Origin: Patescibacteria group bacterium | GTDB taxonomy: Bacteria; Patescibacteriota; Patescibacteriia; UBA10025; JAHIVO01 | Direction of reading: 5' to 3' | DNA length: 64,000 bases | Assembly (NCBI GenBank): GCA_041650915.1 | Contig: JBAZKE010000002.1 | Location: 80,638 to 144,637 of the forward strand | Part shown: piece by piece, positions 37,706 through 47,460 of the stretch | Layout of the letters: every line of letters begins with the position of its first letter | How positions within the stretch are numbered: position 1 is the stretch's first letter | Made by a program: the position numbers and the translations under genes | Notes under the pieces: generated by a model | Told to the model about the DNA's origin: nothing | The model's database searches: none | What the model saw: the letters and a program-made list of their open reading frames with translations, nothing else

Positions 37706-38031
37706 TAAACGATAGCGAACAGCAGCGACGTTTACAAAATATCAACAGTGCTAGTTGGCCGGCAGGAGTCGAAGGGCAGCAGCGACCCCAAAGGGGAGCG
37801 CCGATACGTGCGATGCAAAGAGCACGGATCGCTGCCCCGGGAAGACTCCCTCGTTGCCCACCATAAACGATAGCGAACGGCAGCGACGTTTACAAAATAT
37901 CAACAGTGCTGGTTGGCCGGCAGGAGTCGAAGGGCAGCAGCGACCCTGAGCTTGGCACAGGGGAGCGCCGGTGCGCGCGACCAGGAGAAGCGCGGACCGC
38001 TGCCCCGGGAAGACTCCCTCGTTGCCCACCA
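37686..38031 (+). repeat. two tandem tRNA-Val 3' modules (158 and 168 nt), three copies of the tRNA 3' 20-mer
   Basis: GACTCCCTCGTTGCCCACCA at 37686, 37844 and 38012; anti-T-loop GGAGTCGAA at 37765 and 37923; GGGCAGC/GCTGCCC stems. Confidence 0.92.
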
Positions 38032-38058
38032 CTAACAAACAATTATTACCTGAATACT

Positions 38059-38310
38059 ATGAAGTACGTTATCGGCATCATCTGCATCGGCATCGGATTC
38101 GTCATCGTTTGGAAAGCTGACTGGATCATGAATAATGTCGGCCGGATCGCATGGGCTGATGAAAAGCTCGGCGCCGAAGGGGGGACGCGCCTCTTTTACA
38201 AGCTTATCGGCATCGTCATCATCGTGTTCTCGTTCCTGTACATGTCCGGTGCGCTCGAATCAATGCTCGGTGCGATATTCGGCACCACCATAGAAACGGT
38301 TGCAGAGTAA
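38059..38310 (+). CDS. small two-TM membrane protein
   Basis: MKYVIGII...GRIAWADEKLGAEGGTRLFYKLIG. Confidence 0.75.
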   Translation: MKYVIGIICIGIGFVIVWKADWIMNNVGRIAWADEKLGAEGGTRLFYKLIGIVIIVFSFLYMSGALESMLGAIFGTTIETVAE

Positions 38311-38315
38311 CCTGC

Positions 38316-38392
38316 GGGCCCGTAGTTCAGCTGGTTAGAACGCTTCATTTGCAATGAAGAGGTCAGCGGTTCGAATCCGCTCGGGTCCACCA
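38316..38392 (+). tRNA. tRNA-Ala(TGC)
   Basis: G3:U70 pair, anticodon arm CTTCA-TTTGCAA-TGAAG; CCA end. Confidence 0.95.
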
Positions 38393-38521
38393 CACGCTGC
38401 CGGGCCATGGGGAAATCAGCGGCGGTTTGTCGCACCGGTTCACGGGAGATCCGTCCGGAAAAATTCCCACAACGCCATTCAGGAGGCCGCACGTACGGCA
38501 GAGGCATGAGTCCACACAACC

Positions 38522-38977
38522 ATGATTGCTTTTCCATACTACAAACAAAAAACGAGGTACACCTGCGGAGCGGCCTGTATGAGAACGGCCCTCGCGCTGT
38601 GCGGCATCCAAAAAACCGAAGAGCAAGTTGCTAAATTGTTGAACACCAACAGGGTCCGGGGCACGTGGCACAAATACTTTCCCCTCGCCGCGGAAAAATT
38701 CAGGCTGAACTATCGTACGATGAGAAACGCCGGTTTTGGCGATTTGAAAGAATGCCTTACAAAGGACCTTACGGTCATACTGTGCGTTTACTATCCCGCC
38801 AGGAACGTTGACCACTACCTTGTTCTGAAAAAGATAGACCGCGTACGCATCTACTGTTGGGATCCGCTCTTCGGTGAAGAGCATGCGTATTCCCTGGCTC
38901 ACTTTAAAAAAATATGGAGAGACGATCCTTCGTACGATAACGAAAAGGGTTGGTTTTTTGCGTTACAAAAACAGTAG
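38522..38977 (+). CDS. C39-like cysteine peptidase
   Basis: QKTRYTCGAAC, DHYLV and WDP catalytic pattern. Confidence 0.85.
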   Translation: MIAFPYYKQKTRYTCGAACMRTALALCGIQKTEEQVAKLLNTNRVRGTWHKYFPLAAEKFRLNYRTMRNAGFGDLKECLTKDLTVILCVYYPARNVDHYLVLKKIDRVRIYCWDPLFGEEHAYSLAHFKKIWRDDPSYDNEKGWFFALQKQ

Positions 38978-39107
38978 CAACACAACAGGCGGCTCTCCGG
39001 AACTATTCGCCTCACAATGCGCGTTTTGGATGCGGTTGACACAATACGGAAGCTACGATAGAATAGCCGCACTACAAACAGCAACTTTAACAACGGCGAG
39101 GTTATAC

Positions 39108-39257
39108 ATGAACAGGCAACGGATCCCCCGTGCCATGAAGCAAGCCCGTGAGGCAGGAGCGCGGCGTCGTATTTCAAATGCGTTCCGCAGCGCGAAAAAA
39201 AATGCACGTGCCGCCAGAGGACAGGAGGCGCCTTCGCCTCCCGGCCGCCAAGAATAA
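39108..39257 (+). CDS. putative small basic protein (49 aa)
   Basis: TTGACA-N17-TAGAAT at 39036-39064, GAGG before the ATG, hairpin plus T-tract downstream. Confidence 0.45.
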   Translation: MNRQRIPRAMKQAREAGARRRISNAFRSAKKNARAARGQEAPSPPGRQE

Positions 39258-39366
39258 CGTTGACATTCAAGTTCCTGGTTGTATCGCACCCGCTTATGGG
39301 TGCTTTTTATTTAAAAAACAGCGCCTCGGAAAAACCGACGCGCTAAACACTCCCGCCTGTACAGCG

Positions 39367-41571
39367 CTAATCAACGCGCGTTATGAGCGTAAACGAGCCG
39401 CCCTGCACGACCGCACTTCCGTGCTCGACGGCAAACCGGCTGTAGTACAGCCCCGCATCCGGCGCGTTGAACAGGAATTCAAACGTGCCCGTCTCACCGG
39501 GCTTCACGCTCCACTCGGTGAGGCGCGCTGCCGTGGTCGAGTCCTGCCACCGCAGATCCTGGAACCTGCTTGCCGTATCGCCGAGGTCGTACGCCCGCAG
39601 GACGGTATTCCGGTCCCACGTTGAGAGCCCGACATTTTTAACGGTAACGACGGCGGGGAAGCGCCACGTATTCAGTACAGCCGGCGGTATGTTGTGCTCC
39701 ACGAGCTCCGCCTGGTAGGTTGAATCAACGCGAGTGATTGAACGGTCGATCTCCTGGACCATCTCATCGATGCCGATGAGCTCATACCGGTTATAATACA
39801 GCCCCGGTTCATGGGGGCTCACAAACGTAAAGGTAAACGTCGCGAGGCCATTCGGCGCGACTGCATCCTCTCCAAAGCTGAACGATCCGTTCTCGTTCGG
39901 CCAGCTCGGATGCCGGAACCTGCTCACCGCGTTTCCGAGATCGTAGATGTTGAGCTTCACACCGCCCCGCTCCCACGTCTCGAGCCCGCGGTTCTTGAAC
40001 TGGATCGTAACAGTCTGTGAAGCGCCCGTGAAGGTCGCCGGCGCGATGACCTGATTGTCGAGCTCCGCCGCGTACTCAAATCCGGTCACGTTTGCGGTGA
40101 CGGTAAATGCCGTCCCGCTGACTTCTTTGCCGTCCACCGCGAGTAAAAATTCCTCGGTAACCGTCAGCGCATCATCGGGGGCAGTGAGCATGAATACAAA
40201 CCTGCCGACTTCACCCGGCGCGACATTCGGGGTCACGAGCGTCATTGGCGGCTCGCCGGTGCTGCCCGCCGCGAGGTTGAGCAGCGAATAATCGCTCCGT
40301 GCGAGAACCGACGGCACTGACGAGGCGTAGCTCCGCCAGGTCACGTTGCCCTCATTCTTGAATTCTACCCACACTTCCTTCTGCTCTCCCGCATTGACTG
40401 AGAGCGGCTGCGCGCTCTGCCCGACGAACGATGCCTCCACAACCTTCTCTGCGGGGCCGCCCAGGCGCTCGTACTCCGCCTGTGCAGCAGAACGGATGTC
40501 GGGCAGCTGCCGGTACAGGTATGTTCCGGGGCAGTCGGTGCAATCTAAATCGCGGTGCCCGACGATATTCGGGTACGTGCCGTCGATGAGAAATCCTTCC
40601 CCGCCCGGAACAATGCCGAAATCCTTCGCCTTTGAAGCGATGAGCCGGGCGAGCGAATCCTGCACCGCCGGATTGAGGCTCTTGGCCTTCTGGTAGTCCC
40701 CGAGGATGACGATGCCGACCGTGCCCCTGTTGAAATTCGCTTCGAGCGACGCATCTCCGAAACGGGACCGAGCGCAGGTAGCGCTCCGATACACATGCGC
40801 GCCGACGACGCCATCGCCGCCGAAACGGCCTTCGTACACAGTGCCATGCTGATCGATAAGGTAATTGTAACCAATATCGCCCCACCCAAGTACCACGGCA
40901 TGCCAGTAATAAATACCGCGTATGGTGCCCTCGGGATCACTGCCCCCGTCGCTCCCCGCGGTATGGTGCAGCACGAACTTCTCAGGCCACTGGTATTCGG
41001 GCGCCCACAGTTCCTGCCCTGAAGCGTTACAGCGCCAGTCCTCGTCGGCTTCCCACGCATCGCGCGCCACGATGCTGAGTGATTCGCCTGCAGATGCCGC
41101 TGAAAAAAACTGCGTTAAAAAATCCTGCCATGCCGGCGCCATCCCACTCGGTGCGCCGAGATACGTTATGCGGACCCGCCGTATGCCGCCCGGCTGCTCG
41201 GCCCTGTACTGTACGGACGTCGCGGCATTGGTCAAAACCGGCTCGGTCAGTATTGACCAGCCATCCCGTTCAATGGATTCATACGATTCTATAGCGTACC
41301 ACTCACTCCAGCCGTCCGCATTCCCATACCGGACTGAGAGCGCTGCCTGCGTGCCGCCCTGCCAGCTCAAGCCCACGAGTACGGCAGGGTAGCCTGTTTC
41401 AAAAACGGGCGAAAGGTACGGCCCAGCGCGCTCCGCAATGGCGGTATCGATTATCTCCCCCTGCTCAATGCCTGCTGGTTCGGCAGCATCCACGCGAATA
41501 GCTAAAAAACTAATCGCGAGTAACGCAACTGTCCCCAAAGCAAGCAACTTTTTCGTTGCACGTTCGTTCAC
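39367..41571 (-). CDS. exported N-acetylmuramoyl-L-alanine amidase (Amidase_2/PGRP-like) with three Ig-like repeats
   Basis: LHHTAG, WGDIGYNYLID, EGR, VGHRD...TDCPG; repeated KNxGxxTW...PGExGxF modules. Confidence 0.9.
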   Translation of the reverse strand: MNERATKKLLALGTVALLAISFLAIRVDAAEPAGIEQGEIIDTAIAERAGPYLSPVFETGYPAVLVGLSWQGGTQAALSVRYGNADGWSEWYAIESYESIERDGWSILTEPVLTNAATSVQYRAEQPGGIRRVRITYLGAPSGMAPAWQDFLTQFFSAASAGESLSIVARDAWEADEDWRCNASGQELWAPEYQWPEKFVLHHTAGSDGGSDPEGTIRGIYYWHAVVLGWGDIGYNYLIDQHGTVYEGRFGGDGVVGAHVYRSATCARSRFGDASLEANFNRGTVGIVILGDYQKAKSLNPAVQDSLARLIASKAKDFGIVPGGEGFLIDGTYPNIVGHRDLDCTDCPGTYLYRQLPDIRSAAQAEYERLGGPAEKVVEASFVGQSAQPLSVNAGEQKEVWVEFKNEGNVTWRSYASSVPSVLARSDYSLLNLAAGSTGEPPMTLVTPNVAPGEVGRFVFMLTAPDDALTVTEEFLLAVDGKEVSGTAFTVTANVTGFEYAAELDNQVIAPATFTGASQTVTIQFKNRGLETWERGGVKLNIYDLGNAVSRFRHPSWPNENGSFSFGEDAVAPNGLATFTFTFVSPHEPGLYYNRYELIGIDEMVQEIDRSITRVDSTYQAELVEHNIPPAVLNTWRFPAVVTVKNVGLSTWDRNTVLRAYDLGDTASRFQDLRWQDSTTAARLTEWSVKPGETGTFEFLFNAPDAGLYYSRFAVEHGSAVVQGGSFTLITRVD

Positions 41572-41707
41572 GGATGGTGTTTACTATTGGTTTTTATTTT
41601 CTACTGTTCCCTTCTATTATAGCGTATTTTCAGTGTTTTGTAAAGGTTTCTATAATCAAAACGGGCCCCCGCTCTTCGGGTGCCCGTTTTCCGGTTTCAT
41701 GATTGAT

Positions 41708-42484
41708 TTAATACACAACTACAATCTTATACGGCCCATCAATTTGGTCTGTCGTTCTGACCGTCCCGTCGCATACATTATCTACGAGCTTGTAGTTAAT
41801 GTAGACATACCCGTCAATAAACTTGACGTAATTGGGGTAATGGCCGCCACCAAGAAACTCCCATGCCTCTCCATCATTGGGCCATCCAGACGCAGCATTC
41901 TCCTCATACGCATAGACGTTGATCTCGGGCATATCGCTCATGTCTAGCTCTGGTACCGCAATCTTTGCCCAATGGTAATCATACGTCGCGGTGTAATCAT
42001 CAAATGGGCACTCAGGATTTTGATCAACGCTGACAACCTCATCGCCATCAGCGTCCATATCAAGCGTGCCTTGGTATACCTTCTTTTTTGCTACCGCAGC
42101 GCCATTCACGGTCAAATCGCCGACAACTTCCATATCATCATTCACGATAAACGGTTTATTGTCGTCAAGCCCAGCGCCTGCGGTTGCCCCGCGGTACACG
42201 CGACCGTCAATGCGGACATTGTCACCGAAGGTAATCGGATTATCAGCGCCGCCGGTTCCGGTCGTGTTGTTGAGAATCGTGCCATTGAACGCCGTAACGC
42301 CGCCTGCGGTCTGTGAGCCAACTTTTAACGAATTCACCGTCATCACGCCATCAACCACAAAATAATCCCCGGAAACGCCTCCGAGGGCTGTAGTGACATT
42401 ATGGGATGTTGCCGCACGTACGATTCCGGCGGTAATTGCGGTTGAAGCGATAATTACCACAGCCACAATCATTACTTTTTTCAT
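41708..42484 (-). CDS. exported hypothetical protein, paralogue of 44617-45555
   Basis: Signal peptide; shared TFGDNVRIDGRVYRGATAG segment; SD GGGGGTG. Confidence 0.8.
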   Translation of the reverse strand: MKKVMIVAVVIIASTAITAGIVRAATSHNVTTALGGVSGDYFVVDGVMTVNSLKVGSQTAGGVTAFNGTILNNTTGTGGADNPITFGDNVRIDGRVYRGATAGAGLDDNKPFIVNDDMEVVGDLTVNGAAVAKKKVYQGTLDMDADGDEVVSVDQNPECPFDDYTATYDYHWAKIAVPELDMSDMPEINVYAYEENAASGWPNDGEAWEFLGGGHYPNYVKFIDGYVYINYKLVDNVCDGTVRTTDQIDGPYKIVVVY

Positions 42485-42594
42485 GATATCACCCCCTTTC
42501 GTGTAATATTCTACTGATTCAGTATACCGCATACTTTCTATTACTATGGGCCTCCGGGATGCCGGAGGCCCATATTGAACTTTTTACTGACACG

Positions 42595-44460
42595 CTACTC
42601 CCAGACTTGGTACGTTAGGTACAGCCAATCGTCGCCGTTTGACTCGCCAAACCACTCTTCGCCATTATCATCACGCACGGCAACCATCATGTTAATATTA
42701 GGGCCAACGTAATCATCGGTAATAGTCCACTGGTACGTACTGACACTGCTCCAATCCTGCACAACAGTACCTGAACCGCCGTAATCAAACAGCATAAATT
42801 TGTACTCAAGATCGTCGCTTTCCGTGTCTGTTGCCGCAGCGGTAAAGGTTATCATTTCGCCCACCTCAAGCATGGGGTACTCGGACCACTGGTAGGTGTC
42901 ATCTCCTTCGCCGGCAGCTGATTTATTTTGCGTATTGCCCAACGAATCTACCACAGAAACGAGAGTAGCATTTTCATTGTCGCCTCCGCCCAAAACCTTA
43001 TACGTCATATAGAGCCAGTCGTCGCCGTTGTCGCCTGCCGCGAGAATGTCGTTGTCATCCTTCACGCCGACTTGCACGTTCACCGACGGCCCGATGTCGC
43101 TGCTGCTGATATCCCACACGTAAGTACTGTCAGCGCTCCAATCCTGCACGGTCGTGCCAGAACCGTCCGCACCGTAGAATATAAACCGGTACATGATCGC
43201 ATCGCCTTCGGGATCTGTTGCGTTGACGGTAAAAGTGAGCTCATCGCCGACCGTGAGCTCGGGATACTCAGACCACTGGTACTGGCCGTCAGGCGTCCAG
43301 GAAAATTCCTGCACATTATCCTCCGAATCGGTCACGCTCGTAATGGTTGCATCCCCGTTGTCAGAACCGCTCTGTACCTGGTAGGTGAGGTATGTATAGT
43401 CGTCGCCGAGGCCAGAACCCATGCGCTCGATTGAATTGTTATCCTTCACCCAGGCCGTTACCGGCATCTGCCTGCCAACGTGATCAGCATCAACCGTCCA
43501 GGTAGCGGTATTGGTCGTTGACCAATCCTGGATAACGTCATTGCCGTTACCCACGGTAAACTTATAATAAACATAGTTAACCTTCTTGCCCTCGTACACG
43601 CTGACGCTGCCGGATTCGGATGTCGATGCCTCAACAATATCGTCAGAACTGATTTCCTCGTCATCAATGTAGTCCACGGCGTTCACCGTAAAAGTAATCT
43701 CATCGCCGACGGTAACAACGGGGTAGTTGCCGCTCGCGTACTCATCCATGCTCCACTCGCCGGTCCCCTCAACGGCCCACGAATTCTCCTGCTCATTGCC
43801 GAACGAGTCCTCAACCTTCACGATGAGCGGATTCCGTACGCCGCGTGCAATGCCGACAACATCCGCCCGGTCAGCGAGGAATGCGGCCAGCTCTTCATCG
43901 GTCGGTTCACGCCCGATTTCACTCATGACGATATTCCGCAGCACGAGCCGCCGCTCGGTACTTCCGTTCAAAACCGCCAGAATGTCGCCGACGTCCGAAC
44001 GGGTGACCTCAAAAAAATCGACATCCGGCTCTGGAGCTTCACGGTCAAGGTACCGGCGGTACACGTTCTGAATCGCGAGCGTACGCTCAATCGTATTAAA
44101 CACCTGCTCGCGGATGCGGTTATTCTCGGCGACCCACTGCTTGAGCTGCGTCAGCTCGCGCTCCATCGCAGCCCTCCCCAGCGCACGCTGGTAGATTGCA
44201 TGGATGGCGAGATCACGCTCCGGCCACTGGTTAAGCTCTGTTTTAATCGCCGCGCGGGTCGTAAAATTCGCACGGTTGTTTACGAGGTCTGCTGCGCTTG
44301 GATCCCGGTCGAGCATTTCCTGAAACGCAGCCTTAATCTCATCGTCGAGCGAGAGCGCTGCCGCTTCCTTCGGGAAGCTCATGCCTGCCAAGAGGACCGC
44401 AAAAAAAGCGAGCAGTATCGCTGAGCCCGCCAGCCCTCTCGTGGTCGTTGTCGTACCCAT
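42595..44460 (-). CDS. exported acidic surface protein with helical N-terminal repeats and three Ig-like repeats
   Basis: Signal peptide; [LI][DG]RxP repeats; three YKF...QDWS...W...V.D...GDD..Y.TY repeats. Confidence 0.8.
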   Translation of the reverse strand: MGTTTTTRGLAGSAILLAFFAVLLAGMSFPKEAAALSLDDEIKAAFQEMLDRDPSAADLVNNRANFTTRAAIKTELNQWPERDLAIHAIYQRALGRAAMERELTQLKQWVAENNRIREQVFNTIERTLAIQNVYRRYLDREAPEPDVDFFEVTRSDVGDILAVLNGSTERRLVLRNIVMSEIGREPTDEELAAFLADRADVVGIARGVRNPLIVKVEDSFGNEQENSWAVEGTGEWSMDEYASGNYPVVTVGDEITFTVNAVDYIDDEEISSDDIVEASTSESGSVSVYEGKKVNYVYYKFTVGNGNDVIQDWSTTNTATWTVDADHVGRQMPVTAWVKDNNSIERMGSGLGDDYTYLTYQVQSGSDNGDATITSVTDSEDNVQEFSWTPDGQYQWSEYPELTVGDELTFTVNATDPEGDAIMYRFIFYGADGSGTTVQDWSADSTYVWDISSSDIGPSVNVQVGVKDDNDILAAGDNGDDWLYMTYKVLGGGDNENATLVSVVDSLGNTQNKSAAGEGDDTYQWSEYPMLEVGEMITFTAAATDTESDDLEYKFMLFDYGGSGTVVQDWSSVSTYQWTITDDYVGPNINMMVAVRDDNGEEWFGESNGDDWLYLTYQVWE

Positions 44461-44616
44461 AGCTTTTTTGTTAAGTATTAAGCCTTACGGGGGGTAAGTT
44501 CCATTATTATAGCATACTATTTTACCCGCACGAAAAAACAGCATTGTGCGTAGTTACAGACAAAAAGCAGCACCATCCGATGCCGGAGCGCTGCTTTTTG
44601 GGGAAAACAACGTATG

Positions 44617-45555
44617 TTACCGCTTCAGCTCGACCACGTCGAGCGTATTATTGTACATGCTTGCTGTTGTTCCATCATCGGTGTTCCACCCGACCTGAAA
44701 TGTATGGTCGCCGGCTTCGACATCAACGAGCGCCGTGAAGGCGAGCGTAAACGTTTCATCGGCAGTATTGGAAGTCCCGCGACGAATCGTATGCGATACG
44801 ATGGAATCATCAACTACCAGGAAAATCCTGGCAGAACTGTTATTCGTATCGTTCGATAGCACGCCGCTGAACATGACGAGGGCAACGCTGTCTCCGGTGG
44901 TCATGTCGACCTCGGTTGTCAGGAGGTCATAATCGTCCGCGACCTCGGTTGTTGTCTGTGCCGCTGTTCCGCTATCCTCGGTCGCCTGTGTTACCGCGCT
45001 AGCCGCGAGTGCGGCTGTTCCGACCGCACCATCACCGATCGCAGCCGCCGTAACGGCATCGTCGGCAATCTGATCTGCGGTAATCGCATCGTCGGCAATC
45101 TGGTCTGCGGTAATCGCATCGTCGGCGACATTTGCAGTCGCTACGATGCCGTCACCTGAGAACGCAGTTGCGGTCAAGGTATCAACCGACAGATCGCCAA
45201 CCACCTCCATGTTATCGTTCACGATGAACGGCAGATCATCGGTTACTCCCGCCGTTGCCCCGCGGTACACGCGCCCGTCAATGCGGACATTGTCGCCAAA
45301 GGTAACCGGAATATCGCCACCTTCGCTGTCGGTCGTCTGATTGATGATCGTACCGTTAAAAAAAGTTACGCCACCGACTCCCTGCTCGCCGACCTTGAGC
45401 GCATCGACGAACATAATGCCGTCTACCTCAAAGTAGTCGCCGGCGACGCCGCCGAGCGTCGAGGTAACATTGTGGAGTGAAGCTGCCCGTACGATCCCCG
45501 CCGTGAGGGCAATCGATGCTACAACTACCATGGCGGCTGTAAGTGTTCGCTTCAT
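44617..45555 (-). CDS. exported hypothetical protein with ADDAITADQI repeats
   Basis: SD AAGGAGGTG; 30-nt tandem repeats near 45058-45127. Confidence 0.8.
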   Translation of the reverse strand: MKRTLTAAMVVVASIALTAGIVRAASLHNVTSTLGGVAGDYFEVDGIMFVDALKVGEQGVGGVTFFNGTIINQTTDSEGGDIPVTFGDNVRIDGRVYRGATAGVTDDLPFIVNDNMEVVGDLSVDTLTATAFSGDGIVATANVADDAITADQIADDAITADQIADDAVTAAAIGDGAVGTAALAASAVTQATEDSGTAAQTTTEVADDYDLLTTEVDMTTGDSVALVMFSGVLSNDTNNSSARIFLVVDDSIVSHTIRRGTSNTADETFTLAFTALVDVEAGDHTFQVGWNTDDGTTASMYNNTLDVVELKR

Positions 45556-45600
45556 TCGAATCACCTCCTTTCGCTAAATTTTATGAGCAACCGTATTATA

Positions 45601-46887
45601 TCACACCTGCGCCTTTTCTGCCCGGCTCAGCTGGGAAAGGATAACGGCAATGCCAACTAAAATCCAAAATTCCACCGCGAGATCATTCTTGAAGTACGGC
45701 GTATCCAAAAAGCCGTGCGCTAAAATCGCGACCATGGCTGCCATCAGCCCCACTGCATATGGCCGGTACGTCCGGAGCGACTGAATGGCGGCCCTGAAAT
45801 AACGGAGGATAACCCATCCGAATGCAACGAGGCCTAGTGCGCCCATCTCGATCCAGAGGGTTAAAATCAGGTGATCGGGATTGGGGAAATACTCTGTATG
45901 CGACGCCTCCTTGTAATCCTCGTACACCACCGGAAAGCTCGCCAAGCCGGTGCCAAAAATCGGATGGTTCTCAATAATCCGCCATGCGCCTTTCCACATC
46001 ACGAGCCGCACGTCCGTTGACGCGTCTGAAGCATCAAATACGCTCCCAACATTGCTCCGCACTTGCGGGACGAGCATCATGGCGGCCATGGCAACGACGA
46101 TACCGATCCAGAGCCACGTGCGCCACCGGGAAAAAAAACTGGCAAAAACAACCGCAACGAGCACCCCGAGCAGTGCGCCCCGTGAGACTGAAAACAGCAG
46201 GCCGACCGTGCCGAATACAATAACGCCGACAGGAAAAATAGCGCGCTGCACGAGCTCCCAGAGCGGCCGTGCTTGGCCGAGCCCGCGGGTGATGAGAATG
46301 CCCGCAAAGAGCGCTACGATGGGACCGACATACTTCCCGACCGCGGTCGGGAAGGGAAATACCGACGTCGCCCGGCGCGGCATCTCGAATCCGTAGTGGG
46401 CGGGAATATCGGCGATGCCAAGGTACTGCAGCATGGCGTAGAACCCGACGAAAACCGCGCTCGACCCGAGCCCCCACAGCACCTGGCGCACCTGCTGCTT
46501 TGTCCTGATGACATTGACGAATACGAAAAAAAACATGAGTGGCTCGAGTACGTACGCCTTCCACAAGCCTGCAGCCGCACGCAGGTCAGGAGCGATAAAC
46601 AGCGCGGCCGTACCGGCACACAAAAATCCCGCCAACGTCCAGAGCCAAGGCTTGGATGCAGGGCATGCCCTTGACCGAAAGTACGTTTGAATGTTACGGG
46701 CTGTCCAGACGCAAAACAAAGCCAGTACCATCACCTCGAGCACGGTCATCGGCAAAAACCATGCCTGGAACCGTATCAGATACGCCGGGAGCAGGACAAC
46801 GCAGAGCGTGATTGCCCAGTCGAGCTTCCACCAGGCAATGTACAGAAAGCAAACGGTGAACAATGCTAGTAACATTCCTTCGAACAT
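45601..46887 (-). CDS. O-antigen ligase family protein
   Basis: RATSVF, SVSRGA, RLVMW, HPIFGTG and EMGALG motifs. Confidence 0.85.
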   Translation of the reverse strand: MFEGMLLALFTVCFLYIAWWKLDWAITLCVVLLPAYLIRFQAWFLPMTVLEVMVLALFCVWTARNIQTYFRSRACPASKPWLWTLAGFLCAGTAALFIAPDLRAAAGLWKAYVLEPLMFFFVFVNVIRTKQQVRQVLWGLGSSAVFVGFYAMLQYLGIADIPAHYGFEMPRRATSVFPFPTAVGKYVGPIVALFAGILITRGLGQARPLWELVQRAIFPVGVIVFGTVGLLFSVSRGALLGVLVAVVFASFFSRWRTWLWIGIVVAMAAMMLVPQVRSNVGSVFDASDASTDVRLVMWKGAWRIIENHPIFGTGLASFPVVYEDYKEASHTEYFPNPDHLILTLWIEMGALGLVAFGWVILRYFRAAIQSLRTYRPYAVGLMAAMVAILAHGFLDTPYFKNDLAVEFWILVGIAVILSQLSRAEKAQV

Positions 46888-46996
46888 AGCTGCATTGTAC
46901 CACAGTACGGAACAGATACAGAAGCCTCATTCGACTCGGCAAAAAAGAGCATCCAAAAAGATGCTCTGCACTACACATGAAAGCGCCCATGCCTCC

Positions 46997-47371
46997 CTAC
47001 AGCGGCAAACACCCTTCAACGTACCGGCGATTACCCCGCTCAACAATAACCTGCGCGTGTTCAAGCTGCGCAACCAGGTCAGCTCTGCTGCCGCCCGTCC
47101 AGTCAATGAGTTCCGAAACGCTCGGCCCGCGTACGCAATACTGATTAAACAGCACTGCAATATCAGCAGCCGAAAGCCCTGGCTCCGCGAGTGCAGGCTC
47201 CTCGACCTCGACGCCGAGAACCCGCATGGCAGGGCGTTGGTACGTGATTGCGACGTGCGTATCGCGCGGCTGCGCCTCCGTACTGTAGTAGAGCAAAAAA
47301 CCGCTGCTCCCGAGCCCGACGAGCGCTGCGAGGATAAGGTAGATAGCTACGGCCGCCCGTGATTCATGCAT
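46997..47371 (-). CDS. hypothetical single-TM protein
   Basis: N-terminal TM; co-oriented with the cluster. Confidence 0.5.
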   Translation of the reverse strand: MHESRAAVAIYLILAALVGLGSSGFLLYYSTEAQPRDTHVAITYQRPAMRVLGVEVEEPALAEPGLSAADIAVLFNQYCVRGPSVSELIDWTGGSRADLVAQLEHAQVIVERGNRRYVEGCLPL

Positions 47372-47460
47372 AAGTTTAAAATCTCGAATCAACTGTAGCG
47401 AATTATCGATAAAACGTCAACGGCGGGCCACATGCAGAAACCGCCAGCGGTGGAGCGATA

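Noticed and set aside
37686-38031. CRISPR array
   Set aside because: The repeat is a tRNA 3' end, the intervening segments are ~140-150 nt and homologous to each other, and no cas genes are present.
38393-38521. A further 3' module after tRNA-Ala
   Set aside because: No convincing anti-T segment, GGGCA/TGCCC core or 3' duplicate. None is seen after either tRNA-Arg or tRNA-Leu.
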